From Vitrella brassicaformis CCMP3155 (Eukaryota > Protista > Chromerida), in NCBI GenBank assembly GCA_001179505.1, contig CDMY01000239.1, positions 62,001 to 126,000 on the forward strand: DNA of 64,000 bases, in the 5' to 3' direction. Shown here piece after piece: positions 38,301 to 49,381 of the stretch. A program made the position numbers and the translations under genes. The notes below the pieces were generated by a model. The model searched no databases and had not been told where the DNA came from. It saw nothing but the letters and a program-made list of their open reading frames with translations. Position 1 is the stretch's first letter; every line of letters starts with the position of its first letter.

Positions 38301-41300
38301 ACCCTACCGTGCGGCAGTACCTCATGCAACAACTCCTGTATGTAACCACAGACACAATCTACACGCAGGCAGTGTGGATGGATGCCCATCCCATGACGGA
38401 ATGTATCCATGACTGTGGTGTGTGTGTGGGTGCACTGACTGCAGTGCGTCAAGCCAGAACGAGCAGATTCAGCACGGTGCATGTCTAGGGCTGGGCCTCC
38501 TCTGTATGGGCTCACACGACGAAGGTATGCATGCGCACACAAACCCACCGCACACACCATACGGGAGGGAGGGAGGGAGGGAGTGAGGCAGGCAGGTCGA
38601 GAGGCCGTGATGTGATGTGATCCACACAAACACACTCGTGTTCCCTCCCTTCATCGTTTCTTTGCTCCTTCCTTCCCTTGTGTGTGTGGTGTTTGTTGTA
38701 GAGTTGTATGAGAAGTTGAAGGAGGTGTTGTTCACCGACAGCGCCATAGCGGGGGAGGCGGCGGGCTACGCCATGGGACTCGTCATGCTCGGATCTACCT
38801 CAGAACACGCCATCAGCGAACTCCTCGCATATGGTCGGTCACCCAACTTTAGCCAACCAGCCAGCCAGCCAGCCACATATATCCATCACACACAGCACAG
38901 CCCAGCACCTACGGCCGACTGTGTATGTTATGTGTTGTTTGTTTGTTGGTTCATTCCTTCATTCAGCCCACGACACGCAGCACGAGAAGATCATCCGCGC
39001 GTGTGCGCTCTCCCTCGCACTCATCATGTTCAAACGAGAGGAGGAGGTCACCACACCACCAATAAAGAAATATAGCAAGGAACAAAGGAATCAGACAGAC
39101 AGACAGACAGACGTGGATGGACGGACCATGAGCCAACGAACGAGCCAATGATGTGATGTGTGTGTTGTGTTGTGTGTGTGTGTGTGTGTGTGTGTGTGAT
39201 GTTAGGCTGAGACGTTGATCCAGCAGCTGATGATGGACAAGGACCCCATCCTGCGATACGGAGCCATGTTCACTATCGCCATGGCCTACTGCGGGTCTTA
39301 CTCGGTACGCACGCACTTCACTTGATGGATGGACTAAAGTTGATGAACTGACTGGCCATCAAACAAACGACAATATCGGTGTGTGGACATAACATGCGTC
39401 CTGTCCTGCACACATGGTGTGGTGTGTGTGTTGTGATCCTGAAGAACACGGCTATCCGTCGTCTGCTGCACGTGTCGGTGTCTGACGTGTCGGACGATGT
39501 GCGCCGGGCGGCCGTAATCGCACTCGGATTCATCCTCTGCAACGTACCCGAACAGGTAGGTATGCCATCACACCCATCCGGCCGGCCGGTTTAAAGATAC
39601 CAACCAAGCACTGTGGACTGAGACCACACTCATATCGAGTCCACGAGTGTGTCTGTGGTGTGTGTGTGGCGTGCCGTGCCGTGCCGTGCCGTGCTTGCTT
39701 GACCACGTCCACGTCTGTGTGTTTAGGTTCCTAAGGTGGTGAATTTGTTGTGCCAGAGCTACAACCCCCACGTGCGGTACGCCTCGTGCATCGCTCTGGG
39801 CATCGCCTGTGCCGGCACCGCCATGAGTGAGGCCGTCAACCTACTCATACCCATGGCCTCTGACACCACCGACTTCGTCAGACAAGGTCAGTCAGTCAGG
39901 CAGGCCACCGGGGGGCCGGGTCGGGTCGGTGAATGAATGGAATGAACGGGCGGCTGGGGTGGGTGGGTGCACAGCGGACGCCCTGTCCAATTCAGCGATT
40001 AGTCATTTATTTGCCTCTCCACGTGTGTGTCTGATTTATGTGTATATAATGCGAACAGGTGCCCTCCTGGCGTTGGGTTTGGTGCTGCAGCAGGCCACGG
40101 ACGCACTCAATGAGAAGGTCAGGTCACTACCCGCCTCAACCAACCACACCACACGACACGAAACACATAAATCACAAAGTCTGTTTGCGGCTGCCTGATC
40201 TAGTACTAGCTCATAGCTATGTGTGTGGTGTATGTGTGATGTCTGTCATCTCATATGTCGTCGATCGATCTGGCAGACGAAGGATGTGCGTGAGTTGTTC
40301 ATCAAGGTGCTGGCGGACAAGCACGAGGATATCATGACGCGATTCGGGGCCATACTCGCATACGGACTCATCGACGCGGGGGTGAGAGGGGGTGGCAGAG
40401 AGGACAGACAGACAGGGAGGGAGGGAGGGGCCTCACACACACATACACGCACCGGATCGCTGGGTGTGTGTGTGTGTGTGTATATTTTAGGGTCGCAACG
40501 CGGCTGTGTCGTTTTACTCGAAGGCCGGCAGTTTGCGGTCTGAGGCGGCGGTTGGGATGTGTTTGTTTTGCCAGCTGTGGTACTGGTTCCCCCTCATCCA
40601 CACCGTCGCACTCGCCTTCCAGCCCACAGGACTCATCGGTCAAAGGGACACACACACACTCAACACGACCAACGCCACCTCAGCCAGCACTGCACTGCAC
40701 TGCATGTGTCTGTCTGTCGTGTGTTCAGGATTGACGACGGATCTGAAGATGCCGTCGAGTTTTGCCGTCAAGAACACCGCCAAACCCGAGATGTTCGCCT
40801 ACCCCGCACAGTTCCAAGTCAAAAAGGACGACGCACCCACCAAAACTACCACTGCCGTACGCTACGCAACACAGAGACATGCACCACAGACTAGACCCAC
40901 ACAGACCAGACCTTAGATCTAACACACGTGCAATGCAAAGGGCGAAGAAATGTCTCTCTGGTGTCTGTATGTGTGTGTGTGTGTGTGTGTCCCAGGTGTT
41001 GTCGACGACGGTCAAGCAGCAGTTGAAGAAGCGTCAGTCGACGATGCATATCGACGACAAGGAGGGCGACTCCCCGACGGCAGCCGCTGCCGCACCACCA
41101 CCACCGCCCTCAGTCGCCGGTCAGCCAGCCAGCTAGCTAGTCAGCAAACACACTCACCACCGGAGCCAAGACACACAAGACAGCCATACCTCATGTCCGG
41201 GTGTGTGTGAGCGTACATCTGTGTGGTTATGTATTCATTCATCAGTGAAGGAGGCTGAGACTGACGAGGGGAGCAAGACGGCGACGGCCCCGGCCCCGCT

Positions 41301-42501
41301 GAGGGGCGCGGGTCAGCAGGGGGGCGAGGAGGACAGCGCATCCATACTCAGCGACATGCCATCGACAAGGTACGGCACTCACTCACTGCCATCCATCCCT
41401 CCGTATTTACGGTCCGATGTATGTGAATATATGTTTCCTCCAGGGGAGCTGACGTTGCCTCCACCGCCGCCACCATTGGAGGTCAGCCACCGTCCCGTCC
41501 CGTCCCGTCCCGTCCCGTCCCACCCACCCACCCACCCACCCACAAAAAACAAACACATTTCATTCATCAATCAGTCAAGGAGGAGTGACTGCATGCGTAT
41601 GTATGTCTCCATCCCATCCGTCGGTCCCATCAGAGTATTTGGAGACGTCGCACACCGAGGTCGAGTCCACGACCTCAATAGACGCAAGGTACGTAAGCTG
41701 CACACATGCACACACACACATGAAGCCCCCACACGTACAAAGACACATGTGTGATCTATATGATACAATTGTGTAAGGTCGATGGCGGCCCGTTCTGAGC
41801 GCAAGGAGGACGTGACGATGACGCCGGCCGATGCGCCGGCTGCTGCTGCTGCTGCCGCCGGCACGGACGATGAAAAGGACAAAAAGAAAGAGGGCGACGG
41901 CGGGGGAGACGATCCCAACAAGGCCGCCGCACCTACAGAAGAGGTAGGCAAACACATCGACAGACGCTGCGACAAGACCCTAAGTGTGGGTGTGTGTGTG
42001 TGTGTGATTGTGTAGGAGAAGGATGGTGTGTTGAAGAATCCGTGTCGTGTGCTGCCGCGGCAGGAGGCCTACATCGACATGCTGCCCGACAACAGATACA
42101 AGCCCATCATATCCGACAGAAAGTCTGGATTCCTCATACTACTCGACCAAACGTAACAAGCGAAGACGGTGTGGGTGTGTGTGGATGGCCTTGGCATTCT
42201 GTGTGTGTGTGCAGCCCCGATGAGCCGGAGGAGTACGTGCAGCCCAAGGCAGCCAAGGGTGAGCTGAAGTGGATGGGCAAGGCAGGCTCACTCCACTCAT
42301 TGACGGACCAACAAACCAACGACCGTGTGGCCTGCCTGTGCGTATCAATTTGCTTCAGAGGAGGACAAGGAGCCGGAGCCACCAGAAGCATTTGGTGAGA
42401 ACGCAACGCACACACTCGACAGCCGTCCGTCCATGTGATTCACCTGCTGTACGTATATGTGCCCTTCCGTGTCTGTGTGCGCGTCAGAATGGAGTGGCTG
42501 A
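34940..42501 (+). CDS. RPN2: 26S proteasome regulatory subunit Rpn2 / PSMD1, many exons, Ala/Glu-rich insertions
   Basis: [38 protein letters not shown]|[57 protein letters not shown]-terminal [10 protein letters not shown]...EPEPPEAF|EWSG*. Confidence 0.97.
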
Positions 42502-43246
42502 TGGCCGCCTACGTAAGTACCGCCGAGTGCGTGTGGAGAGGGGAGAGAGACTTTTACATACATACACATAGTGCGGTGCGTACATGGTGTGTGGCTCCAT
42601 GCGTCAACGAGTGCGAGTGCGATTGTGGGTGGATTCGCTGCCAACCTGCCTGCCTGCCTGACGGCCGGCTCGACTGAGTGAATGAGTGCAGGCTGACTGG
42701 AAGATCGACTCACTCAGTCAGTCAGTCACTCAACTGTGCATGACTGACCAAGTGACAAGAATGGCTGGCCGCTGCCTTTTCCTGCATCCATTCAATGAAA
42801 TCTACCTGCTGCAAGATAAGATCCCTCCCTGCTCAAGCTCAGCTCCCATACACACAAATTGGCCAGGGATGTGGGAGTGACGATACATACACACACTAAG
42901 TCTGGATGCATGTGTGACGGTGCCGACTGGATTGCCTCATCTAATGCATGCGTCAACTGACACCCACTGATTGCATGTGATTCGACACGCAGGCACACAA
43001 CACACCGGTCCATACGCACACACACGCACAATCGGGGGCTGTCGGTACAAAACTCGATGAATTCCATCCGTCCATCCGTCCATCCGCTACCCATGTATGC
43101 CACCACATATCACCACCGGCGCCAGCACTAGGCCCATCTGATGGGACGAGACAGGCAACAGACGGTTCTCATGTGTTGATTTTCCCGTGCAGCGCTGTGT
43201 GCCGCCCTTTCCCTCCCTCCTCGCACCTGCTCGACGGTCGATCCCA

Positions 43247-45258
43247 TCACTGTATGCGGCGCTTCGCGTGCAGCACGTTGCCGGCCATGTAAAGCCGACA
43301 CGGTCCGCCATTGAGATTGAGGTGGGCGGACTGCGACTGGAGCCGCTGGCGGAATCGGTCGGCAGCGTCGAAGTTTCTGAAGGTCCGTGTGAAGACGACT
43401 TCGGTGTTCTTGTGACGCTACACATAGCCAAAGCACAGTCGTCTGTCCACACCATCCCCCTCTGCTGCTCCTTATCGTGTGTTGTGGAATGGCTGGCGGA
43501 CCTTCAGCTCTGTGGACGAAACGACCAGGTCCATGACGTTCATGTAGAACTCATCAAAATGGGCATCGCCATCCAAGTTGCCTGTCACAGACACAGACGC
43601 GCACACACACACGTAATATGTCTGCCACTGTAAGGCGCTCCACCAATGTGACATCTGTGCCTCCCCCTCATCCTTACCACGAATCTTCATACGCACGGTC
43701 TCGACACTGGGCATCTCGTCAAGGCGGCGTCACAGGAAGGGGCTCGCCGCAGCGTCAGCCACCTGGCTGCCCGCAGCGTCAGCCACCCGGCTGCCCTGCT
43801 TCAGCTCGGCCGCTAGGTCTCCAGCCGACGTCAGCTCGAGGGACACCTTGCCCACGCTCCTCTCGCCCTCCCCCCTGCTGACCCACTCTGACTGCAGCCC
43901 CTCCAGGAAGCCCCACACCTTGAACAGCGGCCCGACAGTTGCTGCCGAGATTGTGGTCAGGTTGGGCATGTGCGAGGCCACCTCGATCGCCCGCCTCTTC
44001 TTGTCTTCGGTCGCGAGAGCACCGTGTCCGAGAATGAGCTCGTGGGCGGCGGAGAATGTGTCGTCAGTGATGGGTGCGGGGTGGGGCTCGTCGTGCCCGT
44101 CGTAGGTGACGGTGGTGGCCGTCTTGGTGAAGTGGGCCAGCACCTTGTGGACGGCGGGTTCTGTGGTACCGGACAGGAGCTCCACCTTGGTCAGTCTGTA
44201 GCCGCCACTCCAGTCGATGGTGGGCTCGGACAGGGCCGCTGGCTGTGCCACCGCGTCCCTAAGTGACCACAGAAACACACACCACAGCACCGCTTTACTT
44301 TTGCTCTCTGTTTTTGTCGCATCTCGTACTTCTCACCTCAGCTGGACGGCGCGCCTCAGCTTCTCTATTCGATCACCACCGTGAGCGTCAGCAAAGAACC
44401 AAACCGGCCAGACGGTGAGTCGGAGGCTGCGAAGCTGCCGACGAACGCCCCTGGCCACGAGCGCCTCACGGAGCTTGTCGGTGTCCTCGGCGCCACCCAA
44501 CTCGAGGTGGAGGGTGTGGAGGGCACTGAGCGACCTCCCGTCCGGCAGCTCACTCACCGGACTGGCGACCATCGCAGTGCCATTACTAATCAGCACCTCA
44601 AGCCTCTCCGAGCAGTCGGCCAGCCATGCCTTGACACCATTGCCGCTGGAGAACAAGCGACAGCTGTGGCTGAATGCCTTGACGTTCGGTGTCCGCCAGT
44701 TGCGGCCCACGCGAGCGGCCGCGTACTCGTTGGGGATGTCCTTGACGGTCGTGAGTGCGGGGAGGCGGACGGGGGCGGAGGGGACGGGCGGCAAATCAGA
44801 TGAGGGCGGAGGGTTGGGGATGTAACTGCTGCGGTCCAGCCCGACGTCCTCGAAGGTCAGCACCTCCAGTGTGCCCTCATCGTCCGACGGCTTGTCACCG
44901 CCGTCCACTGCTGCAGCAGCAGCAGCCGCACCATCGCCTCCCTGCTGCCGACTCTTCTCCTTGGCGGCCGCCAGTGCCGCTCGACCGCCCGCATGACCCT
45001 CTACGAGACTCACCCAAGTGCCCCGGCACCACTTCCGCGCGTAGTCGAGGCCGCGGGGATAGCGGTGCTTGAGCTGGCGAATGCTTGTGGCCCTCTCGCC
45101 CCACTTGTGTGCCACAGGGATGGGCATGGCCTCCCACATGCGCCTCGAGTGGCCGTCCTCGTAGTCGATGCTGATGTGGCTGTAGTTGGCGGCCGACTGG
45201 GTGAATAGGGACGTGCCGAGTGCGGGGCGGATCGGGGTCAGCTCCCAGGGCTGCAGGT
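43247..45258 (-). pseudogene. Copy B of a duplicated F-box-like/LRR-like hypothetical gene, with an in-frame TGA at 43730-43732; 5' end lies in the gap
   Basis: Homologous to 45559-46971. The frame reads ...AASPFL*RRLDEMPSVETVRMKIR, and downstream exons continue in register to RRIQ* at 43247. Confidence 0.6.
43747..43794. repeat. 24-bp tandem duplication (GS[R/Q]VADAA x2) just upstream of the premature stop in copy B
   Basis: CCGCAGCGTCAGCCACC(T/C)GGCTGC occurs at 43747 and 43771. Confidence 0.9.
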
Positions 45259-46971
45259 NNNNNNNNNNNNNNNNNNNNNNNNNNNNNNNNNNNNNNNNNN
45301 NNNNNNNNNNNNNNNNNNNNNNNNNNNNNNNNNNNNNNNNNNNNNNNNNNNNNNNNNNNNNNNNNNNNNNNNNNNNNNNNNNNNNNNNNNNNNNNNNNNN
45401 NNNNNNNNNNNNNNNNNNNNNNNNNNNNNNNNNNNNNNNNNNNNNNNNNNNNNNNNNNNNNNNNNNNNNNNNNNNNNNNNNNNNNNNNNNNNNNNNNNNN
45501 NNNNNNNNNNNNNNNNNNNNNNNNNNNNNNNNNNNNNNNNNNNNNNNNNNNNNNNNNNCCACTCTGACTGCAGCCCCTCCAGGAAGCCCCACACCTTCGA
45601 CAGCGGCCCGACCCCGCCCGTCAGGACGCCGTGCTGCGTGATCGGATGCACCTGCACGTGCGCTGCCGAGATTGTGGTCAGGTTGGGCATGTGCGAGGCC
45701 ACCTCGATCGCCCGCCTCTTCTTGTCTTCGGTCGCGAGAGCATCGTCTCTGAGACGAAACTCGTGGGCGGCGGGGAATGTGTCGTCACTGATGGGTGCGG
45801 GGTGGGGCTCGTCGTGCCCGTCGTAGGTGAGGGTGGCGGCCGTCTTGGCGAGATGGGCCAGCACCTTCTGGACGGCGGGTTCTGTGGTACCGGACAGGAG
45901 CTTCACCTTGGTTTGTCCGTGTCCGCCACCCCAGTCGATGGTGGGCTCGGACAGGGCCGCTGGCTGCGCTATTGCATCCCTAAGTGACCACAGAAACACA
46001 CACCACAGCACCGCTTTACTGTTGCTCTCTGTTTTTGTCGCATCTCGTACTTCTCACCTCAGCTGGACGGCGCTCCTCAGCTTCTCCACTTGACCAGCAT
46101 CGTCACGAACCGACAAGATGTTCAAGTCGGAGGCTGCGAAGCTGTCGACGAACGCCCTTGGCCACCAGCGCCTCACGGAGCATGTCGGTGTCCTCGGCCT
46201 CATCCAAGTCGAGCTGGAGGGTGTGGAGGGCACTGAGCGACCTCCCGGCGGGCAGCTCACTCACCGCACTGGCGACCATCGCAGTGCCACGATAACCACT
46301 GGTCAGCACCTCGATCGTCTCGCAGCAGTCGGCCAGCCATGCCTTGAAACCATTGCGGCCACTGGACAAGCCACAGCTGTGGCTGAATGTCTTCACATTA
46401 GGTGTCTGCCAGCTGCGGCCCACGCGAGCGGCCGCACACTCGTTGGGGATGTCCTTGACGGTCGTGAGTGCGGGGAGGCGGACGGGGGCGGAGGGGACGG
46501 GCGGCAAATCAGATGAGGGCGGAGGGTTGGGGATGTAACTGCTGTGGTGCAGCCCGACGTCCTCGAAGGTCAGCACCTCCAGTGTGCCCTCATCGTCCGA
46601 CGGCTTGTCACCGCCGTCCACTGCTGCAGCAGCAGCAGCCGCACCATCGCCTCCCTGCTGCCGACTCTTCTCCTTGGCGGCCGCCAGTGCCGCTCGACCG
46701 CCCGCATGACCCTCTACGAGACTCACCCAAGTGCCCCGGCACCACTTCCGCGCGTAGTCGAGGCCGCGGGGATAGCGGTGCTTGAGCTGGCGAATGCTTG
46801 TGGCCCTCTCGCCCCACTTGTGTGCCACAGGGATGGGCATGGCCTCCCACATGCGCCTCGAGTGGCCGTCCTCGTAGTCGATGCTGATGTGGCTGTAGTT
46901 GGCGGCCGACTGGGTGAATAGGGACGTGCCGAGTGCGGGGCGGATCGGGGTCAGCTCCCAGGGCTGCAGGT
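43886..46971. repeat. Tandem segmental duplication, offset about 1.7 kb, straddling an assembly gap
   Basis: 44837-45258 matches 46550-46971 base for base by eye (offset 1713). 43886-44836 is clearly homologous to 45559-46549 but diverged, including the shared intron. Confidence 0.95.
45259..45558. other. Assembly gap (300 N)
   Basis: N run between the two duplicated copies. Confidence 1.
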
Positions 46972-47841
46972 GGCCGAAGACGTTGGAGAGTGCGTCACGG
47001 GAGAGGCAACGACGAGCCTGAAATGGCACAGGCAGGCAGACACACAGACAGGCAGAGAGGATGGCTGAGAGTGCTACGGCTGAGAGATGGTCTTGGCCAT
47101 ACCGGTCCTTCTAGGGGGGCAGGTTGCCCGTCTTCTTGATGAGGCGATACGACGTGCGACGGGGCGGCACCTGCAACCAACACACAACAGGGAGGACGTG
47201 GATGAGGCTGTTTCTCTGCTTGTGTGGTCGTCTGTACCTCTGGCTCGTGGTTGGTTTCTTCTGCTACTGCTGGTGCTGCTGCTGCTGCTGCTGCTGCTGC
47301 TGGGGAGGAGGTGGTGGTAGTGGTGGCCGTGAGTGCACCCACTGCCGTCGACAGTACCGGGGCAGCGGTCGACAGCTGTGCTATGGAGGCGTCGAAATGG
47401 CTTCCCAGGAGGGACAATTGAAGCTGCAGCGACGCACCAGATGACGCCTGTGAAGGGTGGGCAGCAGATAACACACAGAGAGAAATGACCGGTGGGTCTG
47501 TTTGCTGTGGATACTGACAGGTGTGAGTTTGATGTGCGTCACCTCTGCCGCCGTGAGATTAGACTGGTCGAGTTGGCCGATTTGCGATAGACAAGAACCC
47601 ACCTGAACCACACCAGCCACATGCTCGCGATGCTCTGCACTGGCGAGCCAATATCAGTGGTGCCTTTCGTCACCTGAGAGCAAAGTTGCTGCAGCCGCGC
47701 CAGGCTTTGTCCAACAGCCGCCGCCTGATCCTTCAACTGCACGACAGACAAGACACACAACACGGCACAGGCCTCTGTGTCCCCCACGTCCGTTTTGACA
47801 TGTGCTGCTCGTCATTCACCGACCCCCTGCGTCGAATCCAT
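45559..47841 (-). CDS. Copy A of the duplicated F-box-like/LRR-like hypothetical gene; apparent frameshift near 46103; 3' end lies in the gap
   Basis: CLSRDALSNVFGHLQPWEL (F-box-like), followed by LRR-like LSALHTLQLDL, LRSLRL and MPNLTTISA segments. It stops at LVGS* while the conserved EKLRSAVQLR lies in another frame. The start is approximate. Confidence 0.55.
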
Positions 47842-48282
47842 GACGATGTGCTAAACCGACTCGTCCGCTGCCTCGAGCCACTCACACACCAACAGCCGTG
47901 CACCACTTCTCAACGCTCCGTCAGGTGAAGGCTCAGATCTGCAACACACACCATCCACAGCAGCCACAAACAGACACCATCAACGAACAGACAGACACCA
48001 GCCAGCCATCCATTCCATCCATCCCTCCCGCCCCTCGTGCACTCAGTAATCATCTCACCCGAACTGAGCCGAACACGGTCGTGAAAAGCTTCAACGTCTG
48101 TGCAGTGGTGCAATATCGACGGTCGCCAGCTGTGGCCTCCCTCACAGTGGCCGAGGCGCCGGGAGCGGAGCGATGAGAATGTTGAAACGTCGTCAAAACA
48201 GAGGTCGGCCGCTGGTGGACTCATCCATTCTGTCAGACCAGCCGCTACATGGCCTGACACGCCCCAAAGAGTTCATTCCCTA

Positions 48283-48331
48283 TTTCAGCGATCGCGAGCT
48301 CTTTCAGCGATCGCGAGCTCAGGGGCGAGCT
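48283..48331. promoter_or_regulatory. Perfect 19-bp tandem repeat (TTTCAGCGATCGCGAGCTC x2) plus a third GCGAGCT, upstream of the POT transporter
   Basis: Copies at 48283-48301 and 48302-48320, with another GCGAGCT at 48325-48331, about 55-100 bp before ATG 48386. A regulatory role is inferred. Confidence 0.45.
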
Positions 48332-48385
48332 CGAAAATCCGCTCGCCTTCGTTGAAGAGCGCAACAGGGAGCATCATCACTCACC

Positions 48386-49346
48386 ATGGAGAAGGCGACC
48401 CACCGCTTGGCTCCCTCGGGCCATCAGAGCCTCACGAATCCATCGTCGGCCGACGCATCCCTGAGTACCAATGAGTCGAGCTTGAAGCCGCCGACGTTCT
48501 TCTCCAGTGCAGTGGCGTCGATGGCCCACTGCCCGCGTGAGCTGTGGCTGATTTTCCTCCTCAAGTACCTCGAGTCGTACGCCTACTTCGTCTTCTCCTA
48601 CACGCTCATTCTCTTCCTCTCGGACGAGTTCGGCTTCACCGACGAGGAGGCCGGCCTGGCGTACGGCATCTTCGGCATGCTCGTGTCCGTCTACGGCTTT
48701 GTCATCGGCATCATCATCGATATCCTGGGGGTCAAGTGGAGCCTCGTGGGCGGCACAGCCATACTCTTCTGCTCCCGACTGATGCTCACCTTCACCACCG
48801 ACGTCCACGTCCTGACGCTCATTCTCTTCACGGCACTGCCTGTGGGCTCGGCCATGGGCATCCCCGTCATGCAGGTCAGCTGGGGTGGGGGAGGGAAAGA
48901 ACCGAATCGATGCAGGCCCGACAGTGATGCTGACGATGCGATACGATGTGTGTGTGTTGTGTGTGTTGTTGTGCGGTGTGTTCAGATTGGCATTCGGCGG
49001 TACACTGACGAGGGCAACAGGAGCCTGGGCTACTCCATCTTCTACGTTATGATGAACCTCGCAGCCATATGCGCTGCACCGGCAATTGGTAACACCCCTC
49101 CCCACACACACAGCCATGGACACAGACATTCACACACACGAAGCACATCTATATGTGTCGGTGTGTGCAGATGCCTTCCACGAGGCCTTTCCGACGGGCG
49201 TGGCCATCGCGTTCGGCGCCCGCACTTACAGGATATCCTCATTCAGGCTGCTCATATTCACCGGGGCCGTCATGACCCTCGTCAGGTCAGCCAGGCACAC
49301 ACAGGGCACGAACACACACCAGACTGCAGAGAGAGGCCATTGTGTG

Positions 49347-49381
<35 letters not shown>

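Noticed and set aside
5564-42501. Rpn5 and Rpn2 in the same window as a proteasome gene cluster
   Set aside because: They are about 27 kb apart with seven unrelated genes between them, so chance is sufficient.
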